Under the pieces are notes generated by a model that saw only the letters and a program-made list of their open reading frames with translations, made no database searches and was not told the origin of the DNA. A DNA stretch of 64,000 nt, taken from a virus. Positions 9,445-17,984 of this stretch are shown here, piece by piece. The translations under genes were made by a program, and so were the position numbers. Each line of letters opens with the position of its first letter. Positions within the stretch are counted from its first letter, which is position 1. The DNA lies in the IMG/VR virus record IMGVR_UViG_3300021420_000018, positions 32,001-96,000 of that record; one strand, written 5' to 3'.

Positions 9445-9995
9445 GCACTTTGCTTTGCGTGAAGCTCAGAGTTGAACCGGTCGCACTGATCGGCATTAAA
9501 GTGCGCCACATAAACCTTCACAGGCGGAACCGGAGGCGGGAACTTCGGAAGCGGTAACGGACCGATGCCAATCGTGCCCGACATCTCCCGGCACCATTTC
9601 GCATACCCGGGCGGCTGCAGATACCGCTTATAGGATTTGCTCGTTGCCTCAACTTCCCACCCTTCGCGCAAAAGCCGGATCGCGTCTTCCGGATGCACAC
9701 CGCCGCAGAAACTGCAGGTCCGCGGGGTCCAGTGCCACGGCCAGCGCGTAAATCCGCTGCCAGGCTTGATCCGGTTTTGGATCGAGCCAACCAGGTGCGC
9801 GACCCAACCCCACGTGGTCGTCTCCCAATGATCGGTATTCAGCGTGTACTCCCAAGGCCCGGGCTGAGTCATGCGTCTTCTGCAAGTTTGCTTGGCCTCG
9901 AAGTGTTTGGTGAACTGATTGGCAAACCACGCCGGCCGCAGCCAGATGTCGTAAGCCACGGCATTCCACCAGCGGCGCGGATAGATCCAGCTCAC
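9441..9995 (-). CDS. Hypothetical protein
   Basis: RTCSFCGGVHPED motif; 4-bp overlaps at both ends. Confidence 0.6.
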   Translation of the reverse strand: MSWIYPRRWWNAVAYDIWLRPAWFANQFTKHFEAKQTCRRRMTQPGPWEYTLNTDHWETTTWGWVAHLVGSIQNRIKPGSGFTRWPWHWTPRTCSFCGGVHPEDAIRLLREGWEVEATSKSYKRYLQPPGYAKWCREMSGTIGIGPLPLPKFPPPVPPVKVYVAHFNADQCDRFNSELHAKQSA

Positions 9996-10684
9996 AGCCG
10001 CACCCTTCGACTCTTGCCATGCATTTCGATCTGGTGGAACAACGAGAGCCGGTCGGCGATCCGGTCGTCCATCATTTCGGCGATCTTAGCCAGCGACCAG
10101 TTAGTCGTCACGATGGTTGGCTTTTTGGAACGCAGGCGCCGATCCAAAATCAACAGCAACGACCGGCGTTCGAAATCGCTCAAGCCTCCGGCGCCCACAT
10201 CGTCGAACACGGCAAAGTTTGGCACGCTGTAATACTCCAACTGCGTCGCTTCTTGTCCACTTCCCATCGCTGTGCGCAGATCCAGATAAAACTCGGCGCA
10301 AGAGAAAAATTTGACGACCTGGCGCGCCATAATGAAGCTGCGCGCCAAAGCTGCCGCGAGATAGGTTTTTCCAACACCGGTCTCGCCGGTGAGGAGCAGG
10401 CCATGGCCCGGGTGATCGCACCAAGCCAGAATCTCTTTTTGCATCTCAGGAGCAAAGGCTGTGAGCTCTGCTTTGGCGTGAAGGGGTCCCACCTCTTTCG
10501 CGGCGATCCGGCGTAAAGCGCAATCGCACATCTCCATCGCCTGCTGGTGAGCCGGAGCATCCTTCGGACGCCGGTAGCCAAGACCTTGGCAATCGGGACA
10601 ATCTTCAGACTTCGAATCGCTTGGGTTTCGGGTATTCTTTGCCCATTGGTCGAGGGACTGCCGCAGCCGATCGGTTAGTTCCAT
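9992..10684 (-). CDS. dnaC: DnaC/IstB-like helicase loader ATPase
   Basis: CPDC..G..CDC; Walker A GETGVGKT; Walker B AVFDDVG; PTIVTTN; DRIADRL; SD AAGGAGG before ATG 10684. Confidence 0.9.
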   Translation of the reverse strand: MELTDRLRQSLDQWAKNTRNPSDSKSEDCPDCQGLGYRRPKDAPAHQQAMEMCDCALRRIAAKEVGPLHAKAELTAFAPEMQKEILAWCDHPGHGLLLTGETGVGKTYLAAALARSFIMARQVVKFFSCAEFYLDLRTAMGSGQEATQLEYYSVPNFAVFDDVGAGGLSDFERRSLLLILDRRLRSKKPTIVTTNWSLAKIAEMMDDRIADRLSLFHQIEMHGKSRRVRL

Positions 10685-11396
10685 TTCGCCCTCCTTGAGG
10701 GATCTCGTCTTCCCAACGTCGCCCATTCAGGTAGGTGGTCGCATGAGGGATGTGCATCTTATCCTGCCATTGTTCGCAGCCTTCTCGGGCCACTACTCCA
10801 GCTCGAGCCGCCACTTGATCCGCATGGCTCAGCCGGTGCCAGGCAGCTTTTGCCTTCTTGCGATCTTCATGGCGCGGGTACTCCTGCCAGAACTGCTCGA
10901 ACTCCTCTTCGGTTTGGTCGGAAATCACACCCAACGCTTCTTGTGTTCTGTTCTGTTCTGTTCCCTTCTGTTCTGTTCCCTTCTGTACGGGACGCGTGCC
11001 TGACGCGTCGCCCTCGCGTGCCTCACGCGTGCCCCACGCGTCAACATGTTGATTCTCTGGTGGCTTAGGCAGAACACTGAGCGATTCACGATTATTTATG
11101 ACCTGGTGCTTCTTGAAGGTCGGAACATACCCAAAAACCTCGTCAGCGACGCGATATTGGACCACGAAACCACGCGTGCCCCACGCGTCAAGCACGCGTG
11201 AAAAGTCCACGTCATCGTAGGGCAGGATCATGGCTTTAAGGGCCCGGGGGCGCCAGTTGAATCGACCTTCCCGATCGCAACAGGTCAGCAGTCCGACGAA
11301 GGCGAGGCGTAGCGGCAGGTTGGTTTTAAGCTCCAGCTCATACATTTCCTCATGTCTAAAGAACTCAGGCTTGATTGTGCGAATCCGTTGCTGCAC
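10605..11396 (-). CDS. Phage replication initiator (O-like)
   Basis: RIRTIKPEFF...DREGRF...FKKHQ N-terminus; FEQFWQEYPRH..KKAKAAW...HATTYLNGRRWEDE C-terminus; precedes the DnaC-like gene. Confidence 0.88.
   Translation of the reverse strand: MQQRIRTIKPEFFRHEEMYELELKTNLPLRLAFVGLLTCCDREGRFNWRPRALKAMILPYDDVDFSRVLDAWGTRGFVVQYRVADEVFGYVPTFKKHQVINNRESLSVLPKPPENQHVDAWGTREAREGDASGTRPVQKGTEQKGTEQNRTQEALGVISDQTEEEFEQFWQEYPRHEDRKKAKAAWHRLSHADQVAARAGVVAREGCEQWQDKMHIPHATTYLNGRRWEDEIPQGGRNGTNRSAAAVPRPMGKEYPKPKRFEV
10941..11200. repeat. Probable replication origin: ACGCGTG iteron-like units and TTCTG/TTCCC pyrimidine repeats inside the initiator gene
   Basis: CACGCGTGCCCCACGCGTCAA at about 11024 and 11171; ~11-bp periodic ACGCGT units at about 10991-11045; (TTCTG)n at about 10945-10985. 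Confidence 0.65.
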
Positions 11397-12147
11397 AGGC
11401 CAGTCCTAAATGGTTGGCTGGGAAGCGTCGCGGGCGGGCAATGGGAAGTTGTGGGCGGCGGAAAACCGTGCGCACAAAATCCAAACCCTCAACGCTCCCC
11501 ATCGCCGCGCCTAACGTACGCTCCGTGACATTCACAGTCAAGTAACAATCGGGCCGCGTGCGCAAATAGCCATCTGTGGAAATGTGGAAATCTCTCAGAC
11601 CCGAACCACCTCTTAACACCGTGAGCCGCGAGACCCTTGACAACCAGCTTATACTCCAAGGAGGCGGGCGGGGGTGGCGGGCAGGAGAAGAGACCTTCCT
11701 TCAGTAAAAAAAAAGAGAAACGAATCGGAAATGAAACGGAAATGAATCGAGTTTTCCACAGGCTACTTTCTAAACTCTTCCTCAGAAGATTCACTTGGTA
11801 TCGCAAACTCATCGGCGGTAAATGGGGACACGTCACCGCTATGTTCTTCGGCAAAAAATGGATTCGCCTGCCAAATGAATCTTTGCTCTACGACGAACGC
11901 CATCCAACTGTAACTTCAACTCCAGCCCAGCAAGACAAAGAAGCGCAGTCCGGCGGATTCGACGGCTACTGACCAGAAACAACTACCGAAAATCTCTGCA
12001 AAAAGTTTTGAATCCCACACGCCTTTCATATCCCGAAAAATGGCAAAAAATGCGCGAGACCGGAGACCGGGCCGGCAAGGCACCGGGCCCTCAAAGTAAT
12101 GAGTAACCGAACCGCACCATGCGACACCGCACCAATGCAAAGCCAGA

Positions 12148-12180
12148 CAAAAAAATAGGGCCGCTTGCTAAGCGGCCCAT
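12148..12180 (-). terminator. Intrinsic terminator
   Basis: GGGCCGCTT-3nt-AAGCGGCCC hairpin followed by a T tract on the minus strand. Confidence 0.8.
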
Positions 12181-12195
12181 TGGTGAGTGTGGGTG

Positions 12196-12438
12196 TTAGT
12201 GCGCTGTCCGGTTCGCGATGCTCGCGGAGTTTACCGCACGCGGCGCACCAATGCGTGTGCTGGCCTGTTCTGTAGCGCGTCGCCCTGCTAGTAGATCGAT
12301 CAGGCGACCGAGCCGCGCATCAATATCGATGGCGGATTGCTTAACAGTTGCGTCCGCGTAGTCTGTTTCGATTCGTACGCGGAGCATCGTTTCACGCATG
12401 GTCAAGAGTAGGTCTAGGACAGTGGTTTTAGCTGGCAC
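12196..12438 (-). CDS. Hypothetical early protein
   Basis: SD GAGGGA; ends just before the terminator. Confidence 0.55.
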   Translation of the reverse strand: MPAKTTVLDLLLTMRETMLRVRIETDYADATVKQSAIDIDARLGRLIDLLAGRRATEQASTRIGAPRAVNSASIANRTAH

Positions 12439-12439
12439 G

Positions 12440-12895
12440 TTACAGTCCCTCGCGGCGGATGTCTGTTAACACGTTCGATGTACTGCCAGGGTCGTACGCT
12501 TGTAACTCGCGGTCAGTGAGCGGCGACCGGTCAGAGTGTAGGAATGATGCTTCGCGGCCAGGTTCGCCGATCAGGTGCAACCCGATGCGATAGAGAAACC
12601 AAAGAACGGCACACGTTAACACGGTCACACTGGCGAACGGTGCCGAGTGTAGCATCGATGGCATGAAAACTAAGGCTAACAGCATCGATACATCTAGCAG
12701 GATAGACGGCGACGCGGAGCCCGCCTCCGGGTTGCGTTCCGACCGATCATTAAGCGCCGCGCGTACATACTGCGCGACCTCTGCATTGGTCGGCGAATCC
12801 GCAACAAAAAAAGTAACGTCAAGGTGTCCGACTGAAAAGTGTGGCACGGGCAGGGCAGTCTCACTGTCTTGCTGTAGCTGGCGACGTGGTTTCAT
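12440..12895 (-). CDS. Hypothetical membrane protein
   Basis: Two hydrophobic segments; AAGAGA before ATG. Confidence 0.5.
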   Translation of the reverse strand: MKPRRQLQQDSETALPVPHFSVGHLDVTFFVADSPTNAEVAQYVRAALNDRSERNPEAGSASPSILLDVSMLLALVFMPSMLHSAPFASVTVLTCAVLWFLYRIGLHLIGEPGREASFLHSDRSPLTDRELQAYDPGSTSNVLTDIRREGL

Positions 12896-12952
12896 GTTTT
12901 CTCTTTTCTTAACTGTGCTCTGTCTTTGGCACGTGCTAGACAGGGCACGGGT

Positions 12953-12989
12953 AAAAAAAGAGCGAGCGAGTTTTTAGGCTCGCTCGCTC
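12953..12989 (-). terminator. Intrinsic terminator
   Basis: GAGCGAGCGAG-8nt-CTCGCTCGCTC hairpin followed by T7 on the minus strand. Confidence 0.8.
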
Positions 12990-12996
12990 AGGTGGG

Positions 12997-13263
12997 CTAG
13001 GCTACTTTGCGCGCTAGTGGCGTACGGTCAAAAGCACGCTGTGCGGAAGTAAACTTGGCACGCTGCGCTTTTTGTTCTTTGGCGCTACGGTCGGATTGGA
13101 AAGACTTGTGAAGATGCGCTTTGAACGCTGCAAGGCGAGCAATGGCGCTACGCTCTGCATGCGTCAAGGTCTTTTTTGTTTCGGTCTTTGGCGTGGTCTT
13201 TGTGGATTGTTTCGCGGATTGCTTGGCAGTCTTTGGCGTGGTCTTGCTGTTCTTATTCGTCAT
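12997..13263 (-). CDS. Small Lys/Thr-rich basic protein (probable nucleic-acid binder)
   Basis: KTTPKT repeats; LTHAERSAIARLAA; first gene after a strong promoter. Confidence 0.6.
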   Translation of the reverse strand: MTNKNSKTTPKTAKQSAKQSTKTTPKTETKKTLTHAERSAIARLAAFKAHLHKSFQSDRSAKEQKAQRAKFTSAQRAFDRTPLARKVA

Positions 13264-13328
13264 TGTAGTGTGCTCTTTTCTGTCTTGCGTTAGTGTCTTT
13301 TGATCGTGCCTAGACTCTAACTGTGCGG

Positions 13329-13357
13329 ATTTTAGGTTAGCTGGTACGATTTGTCAA
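13329..13357 (-). promoter_or_regulatory. Sigma70-type promoter TTGACA-17-TAAAAT
   Basis: Near consensus, 17-bp spacer, AT-rich UP-like region upstream. Confidence 0.8.
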
Positions 13358-13569
13358 TAGGGCAGACCAACAAAAACAAAAATAAATAAAGAAAAGGCGA
13401 AAGTGTACAGTATGCCACTATGCGTGCGAAAGTTTAGCAATAGGTTAACACGTGTAGTTATTACCGCACGGTTTCCAATAATCCCACTTTCTTATCCTTT
13501 GTTGCCCTGTATCCAATCGGAACGCCCGTAACGATTCTACTCAAAAACTGCGCCGGCAAACTTCTCCCT

Positions 13570-13643
13570 ATGACCCCAAAAAATCCATGACCCTCGTTTT
13601 CCAATGACCCGATGAAACCAGAAAGCCTCTCGGCCCATGACCC
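13570..13643 (+). repeat. ATGACCC heptamer array (13570, 13587, 13604, 13637)
   Basis: 17, 17 and 33 bp spacing in the non-coding gap next to terS. Confidence 0.65.
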
Positions 13644-13775
13644 TTGATTCCGGAGACCGGTTTTGCGCGAGTAAGGTTACATAATGAATCTTATAGACCG
13701 TAAGCGTTTACTGATTCCAGGTGAGTTAGGGCTGAAGTTTATATTATCGCCAACAGACCAGTACCACGGCTTCGC

Positions 13776-14186
13776 CTATTCGGAGGTGGGTGTTGCCGCG
13801 ACATCCAATGTTTTTGCTGCTCTCGCTGCAATCTCCGGAGGCAACGGCTCTTTGACCAAAACGATTTCGATCCTGCGATCCGCCGGCCCGATCTCAACAC
13901 GCTGCGCTGCTTTGCCATCCGTCGCTTCGCGCATCTCGCGCGCTGGACCAGGATGACCTTTCGTTACTGCTTCACGAATCAGACCAAGCGCAACTGCGTC
14001 GGCCATCAAAGAGTTTTCATTCAGCGGATGAAAAAATGCGCTCGCCTTTTTCAAAACGCGCAACAGTTGTGGGGGGATGGTCTCGTTTAGCTGCCGAACA
14101 TAAGCCTGGCGCAGCGCAGCAGCCGACTGGAGACCGGAGGGTCTTGAGTTGTTTGTATTTGCGACTCCGTTGGTTCTATTGGCCAC
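13776..14186 (-). CDS. terS: Probable terminase small subunit
   Basis: N.SRPSG...AVALGLIREAVTKGH...AREMREATDGKAAQRVEI pattern typical of TerS-like proteins; adjacent and divergent to terL; GTG start inferred. Confidence 0.55.
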   Translation of the reverse strand: MANRTNGVANTNNSRPSGLQSAAALRQAYVRQLNETIPPQLLRVLKKASAFFHPLNENSLMADAVALGLIREAVTKGHPGPAREMREATDGKAAQRVEIGPADRRIEIVLVKEPLPPEIAARAAKTLDVAATPTSE

Positions 14187-14292
14187 GTTTAGTTTCGCCG
14201 TCTCGTATAAGTGTAGTAATACCAGAGTCTTGGGTTTTCGCGCAAGTGGGGGATTCGCCAGTGTTCCGGGTTTGTGGTGTAATGATCGCGGA

Positions 14293-17052
14293 ATGAGTGA
14301 AGGGCAAGAACCGACCAAGCCGTTTGTGGTAGCAGCTCCGAAAGTAAAAGGGGGAGCGCCGCGAATATACTACCAGTGCACCAAGCATGTTTCTCATGCG
14401 TGGTCGTCGGACGACATGGAGACCGCGTATTGCTATCGGTGCAAGAAGACCCGGATGGAGTTATTGATTCCGGCGCCCACGATTGAAGAGGCCAGTAACG
14501 TAATCGATGATCTGGTAAAGGAAGCGCAGGGCGATCCGTGTCCGATCCATGTAAGGAATGTAGATGGATTTCCAGAACAGAAAGAGTTGGTGGAATCCGC
14601 GAGAAAACGAAAGATGGTGCGAGCGGGAAGACGTGGAGGGAAGACCACGAGTGCGGCGACTTTGACCGTGAATCACTTTGCCAAAGGGGGAAGGGTTTTG
14701 TATGCGGTGCCGGTGGTTGACCAACTGGAGAAGTGGTGGAAAGAAGTTTTATGGAGTCTGCGGGAACTGATCAATGCCGGGAGGGTATACAAGAACGAGA
14801 CCGAGCACGTGATTGAGTTCCGGGGGACCGACAACCGGATCAAGGGGAAGACGGCGTGGAATGCCGATACGCTCAGAGGTGACTGGTGCACGCTACTGGT
14901 TTTGGACGAATACCAGCTGATGGATGAGACGGCGTGGACCGAAGTGGGTCAGCCGATGATGATTGACAAAGACGGAGATGCGGTCTTGATTTACACGCCG
15001 CCGAGTTTAAGTTCGCGGTCGATCAGCAAAGCCGTGGACAAGCAGCATGCGTCCAAGATGTTCAAGCGGTGCTCGGCCGATCCGGAATGGCTGTGTTTGC
15101 ATTTTTCATCGAGGGCCAATCCGTTTCTGTCCAAAGAGGGAATCGATCGGGCCGAACGCAATATGAGCAAGCTCGCGTTCATCCAGGAGATTGAAGCCGT
15201 GGATACCGACGAAGTGCCGAATGCGTTGTGGACCAGAAAAGTGTTGGACGATTCCCGGGTGCTCGCGCCAACGGAATGGGACCGCAAAGAACGGAAGTTT
15301 GTGATACCGCCAGCGCTGAGGGCGAAATATCCGGAGGCGCCGGATGCGCCGGTATTTCCTGGCGGTTATCGCAGGATCGTGGTGGCCATTGACCCTTCGG
15401 GATCGACAACCACGGAAGTGGGGATTGTGGCGGCAGGAGAAGCGTTTGACGGTGAGTATTACATCCTGTTTGACGAATCGATGTTTGCGTCACGGCCAAA
15501 AGCGTGGGCGGGCCAATCGATCAGGCTTTATGAAAAATGCGGCGCTGACCGGATCGTGGCCGAACGGAACTTTGGCGGCGACATGGTGGAAGAGACCTTG
15601 AAGACCGTGGATGAGAATATTCCGTATAAAGACATTGTCTCGAGCCGCGGTAAGCTCGTTAGGGCCGAACCGGTGAGCTCGCTGTTTGAGCATAACCGCG
15701 CGCACATGGTTGGCGAGTTTCCGGAACTTGAAGATGAACTCGTGAGCTACACGGGAATGCCAGGTGAGCGCAGTCCTAATCGCCTGGACGCTTGCTTTGT
15801 AAAAGGCACGAAGGTGTTGACCAGGCGCGGGAACATCCCCATCGAAGCCGTTCGAGTTGGTGACTTTGCTTGGACGCGCCAAGGCTGGAAGCGAATCCTC
15901 AAAGCTGGAATCACATCAGCGCGAGCGCCGGTGACAACGCTCCAGTTAAGTGATCGTTCGATTACCGGAACAAGCTCTCACCCTATTTGGGCTATAGGCA
16001 AGGGATTCACAGCTATGGACGCATTGGTTTGTGGTGATACAATGCTGACGTGCCAAAGCGACAGCCGCAGCAAACTAAAGAGCGGCCCGAAACCATCTAT
16101 TTTCAAGGCATTCCGTACCACAGATATCCGGACAGCAAGCGCCGCAATCAACGCGTTTATTATACAGGCAGTAAGAATGGCCGAACTGTTATGTTGCACC
16201 AAGCCATCTGGGAATATCATCGTGGGCCGATTCCGAAAGGCTATCACGTACATCACGTCGACGATGACCCACTCCACAATGAGATTTCAAATTATGAATG
16301 CTTATCCCCGGCCGCGCACAACTCAAAGCTTCGGGGCAAATCCAGCGATCGGAGGCGACGCCATTTGGCAGACGTTCGACCGCTTGCATCGGAATGGCAC
16401 TCCAGTCCGGAAGGAATCGCTTGGCACCGCAACCACGGTAAACGCACTTGGCGTGGCCGCAAGCCGCAGCCAAAAGGGAAATGTTTGTCGTGCAATGAGC
16501 CCATCAAAGGATTCAAAGATAAACGCTTCTGCAGCCGAGCCTGCATGCAGACAGCCTATAGAAAAAACCACACATATCAGTGTTTGGTCTTGTGCCCCAT
16601 TTGCGGCAATCCGTTCTGGCAAAGCAAATATCGGCCACGACCGAAGTTTTGCTCCCGTCTATGTGCTTGGGAAGCACGACGCAGGGAGCGCACCGGTTTA
16701 CAATTTGGAAGTTGAGGACGCACACGAATATTTCGCCAACGGGATCCTTGTTCACAACTGCGTGTTCGCGATCATGGAGCTGTTAGGGCCCGGTGCGCTC
16801 AGCCTGGTCGAACTGTACAAGCAGGGTGGAATGGAGAAATACATGCTGCCCAAAACAACTGCCGCGACGTCCTTGGCCAGTGTGGCCACAAACAGCAAAA
16901 CTCCAAAATGTCCGCAGTGCCATCAGATTACGCTGCAAAATAACGTGGCCGGCCAAATCCGCTGCGGACATTGCGGATTCCAGCGGCCGATACCAGGGCA
17001 GCCCAACGTGCAGCCGATTGGCGGCCGGCGCGCGATCGATCTCCGCAAGTAA
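14293..17052 (+). CDS. terL: Terminase large subunit with intein
   Basis: Walker A AGRRGGKT; Walker B LLVLDEY; YTP motif; nuclease VAIDPSG, IVAERNFGG, SPNRLDA; Zn-ribbons at both termini; ATG 14293 chosen as start. Confidence 0.95.
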   Translation: MSEGQEPTKPFVVAAPKVKGGAPRIYYQCTKHVSHAWSSDDMETAYCYRCKKTRMELLIPAPTIEEASNVIDDLVKEAQGDPCPIHVRNVDGFPEQKELVESARKRKMVRAGRRGGKTTSAATLTVNHFAKGGRVLYAVPVVDQLEKWWKEVLWSLRELINAGRVYKNETEHVIEFRGTDNRIKGKTAWNADTLRGDWCTLLVLDEYQLMDETAWTEVGQPMMIDKDGDAVLIYTPPSLSSRSISKAVDKQHASKMFKRCSADPEWLCLHFSSRANPFLSKEGIDRAERNMSKLAFIQEIEAVDTDEVPNALWTRKVLDDSRVLAPTEWDRKERKFVIPPALRAKYPEAPDAPVFPGGYRRIVVAIDPSGSTTTEVGIVAAGEAFDGEYYILFDESMFASRPKAWAGQSIRLYEKCGADRIVAERNFGGDMVEETLKTVDENIPYKDIVSSRGKLVRAEPVSSLFEHNRAHMVGEFPELEDELVSYTGMPGERSPNRLDACFVKGTKVLTRRGNIPIEAVRVGDFAWTRQGWKRILKAGITSARAPVTTLQLSDRSITGTSSHPIWAIGKGFTAMDALVCGDTMLTCQSDSRSKLKSGPKPSIFKAFRTTDIRTASAAINAFIIQAVRMAELLCCTKPSGNIIVGRFRKAITYITSTMTHSTMRFQIMNAYPRPRTTQSFGANPAIGGDAIWQTFDRLHRNGTPVRKESLGTATTVNALGVAASRSQKGNVCRAMSPSKDSKINASAAEPACRQPIEKTTHISVWSCAPFAAIRSGKANIGHDRSFAPVYVLGKHDAGSAPVYNLEVEDAHEYFANGILVHNCVFAIMELLGPGALSLVELYKQGGMEKYMLPKTTAATSLASVATNSKTPKCPQCHQITLQNNVAGQIRCGHCGFQRPIPGQPNVQPIGGRRAIDLRK
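16035..16043 (+). promoter_or_regulatory. Extended -10 (TGaTACAAT) for a leaderless HNH transcript
   Basis: TG-n-TACAAT with a 6-nt gap before GTG 16050. Confidence 0.55.
16050..16715 (+). CDS. HNH homing endonuclease with C-terminal Zn-ribbons, overprinted inside the TerL intein in another frame
   Basis: LHQAIWEYHRGPIPKGYHVHHVDDDPLHNEISNYECLSPAAH; CLSC..FCSRAC; CPICG..FCSRLC. Confidence 0.9.
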   Translation: MPKRQPQQTKERPETIYFQGIPYHRYPDSKRRNQRVYYTGSKNGRTVMLHQAIWEYHRGPIPKGYHVHHVDDDPLHNEISNYECLSPAAHNSKLRGKSSDRRRRHLADVRPLASEWHSSPEGIAWHRNHGKRTWRGRKPQPKGKCLSCNEPIKGFKDKRFCSRACMQTAYRKNHTYQCLVLCPICGNPFWQSKYRPRPKFCSRLCAWEARRRERTGLQFGS

Positions 17053-17092
17053 GCGTTTACCCACACTTCAGTTTGTGCTATGGTCTGCGGCC

Positions 17093-17344
17093 ATGAGGAA
17101 AGCATTGCCTGGCAAAACCAGGAAAGAGGCCAAGCGTAACACTTATGCGCTAGTAGATGATCCCGACGCGCTATATTTTTCGTTGTGCGTTACAGAAGGC
17201 ATGGAGACGCGAATCATCATCACCAGACCGGCGAAAGCAAAGCAGTTCGGCGGGGTCAACATGACCATCTCGGAGTTCTGGCGCATGCTGGAAAAGCATT
17301 TACAGAACCAAAGGAGAAAACATGAAAGAAAAGTCCTCCAGTGA
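17093..17344 (+). CDS. Hypothetical protein
   Basis: MRKALPGK... behind an extended -10 TGcTATGGT. Confidence 0.45.
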   Translation: MRKALPGKTRKEAKRNTYALVDDPDALYFSLCVTEGMETRIIITRPAKAKQFGGVNMTISEFWRMLEKHLQNQRRKHERKVLQ

Positions 17345-17618
17345 AAAAGTGCGCCAGGACGTGTGCGAACAGAGCGGCCATAGCCTCACGTCGTTCGAGG
17401 GCAAAATCGTTTGCGAGATCCGCGGCGACGGCATCAAGCTCAGCCAAGTCGCATGAACTGGTTTCACCGGCACGGGCCTTGGGAAGTGGTCGGCGCGTCG
17501 TGCGACGAGATGACGCACTACATCTGCGGCGAACACTACAAGGTTTTCGCCGTCGCCGTTGACTTCGCACTGATCTGGGGCTTTGTACGGGCCTATATGT
17601 TTCTGAGGAGCCTGTGAG

Positions 17619-17984
17619 ATGTGTCTCGATGAAGTGTTCAGCAGTAGGCCAAAGGCTGCGGGATATGGTTGGAAGGTATACGAATTATCGGGCCGAGCAC
17701 TCACGGGCATTTACATGGAGTATTCGGCAGCCGAAGGGGAGTGGCTAAAAGCCCCTGATACAAACGATCCAGACGTTGGGTTTCACATATACAAATCCAA
17801 ACGGTGTGCTGAAAAGTTCTTGAAGTATTCGCGCATACATGCTCGCGGTGATCGCTTCGCCATAGTTCGTGTGCGGTACAGAAAAGCTCACGCTCACGGC
17901 AGGGGTGACGGAGGATTCAGTAATGCCGTCGTTGTGGTAGCGAAAGAAATGTTCATCTACCCACGGAAGAAGGCTGGTCAATGA
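17619..17984 (+). CDS. Hypothetical protein
   Basis: SD GAGGAG; GWKVY...GFHIY pattern. Confidence 0.6.
   Translation: MCLDEVFSSRPKAAGYGWKVYELSGRALTGIYMEYSAAEGEWLKAPDTNDPDVGFHIYKSKRCAEKFLKYSRIHARGDRFAIVRVRYRKAHAHGRGDGGFSNAVVVVAKEMFIYPRKKAGQ

Larger units (their letters stand above)
15793..16758 (+). mobile_element. Intein (322 aa) in TerL nuclease domain
   Basis: CFVKGTKVLTRRGNIPIEAVRVGD (block A); GTSSHPI (block B); APVYNLEVEDAHEYFANGILVHN/C (blocks F/G). Confidence 0.95.

Noticed and set aside
13570-13643. Possible CRISPR mini-array
   Set aside because: 7-bp repeats with 10-bp gaps are far too short, and no cas genes are present.
14149-14292. ORF-track N-terminal extension of TerL
   Set aside because: Overlaps the divergent terS and the promoter region; ATG 14293 is more plausible.
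16050-16715. Sequencing frameshift or programmed frameshift as the explanation for the intein HNH
   Set aside because: The intein frame is continuous and stop-free, and the HNH has its own start and stop. Two compensating errors would be needed. This is kept only as a refutation test.
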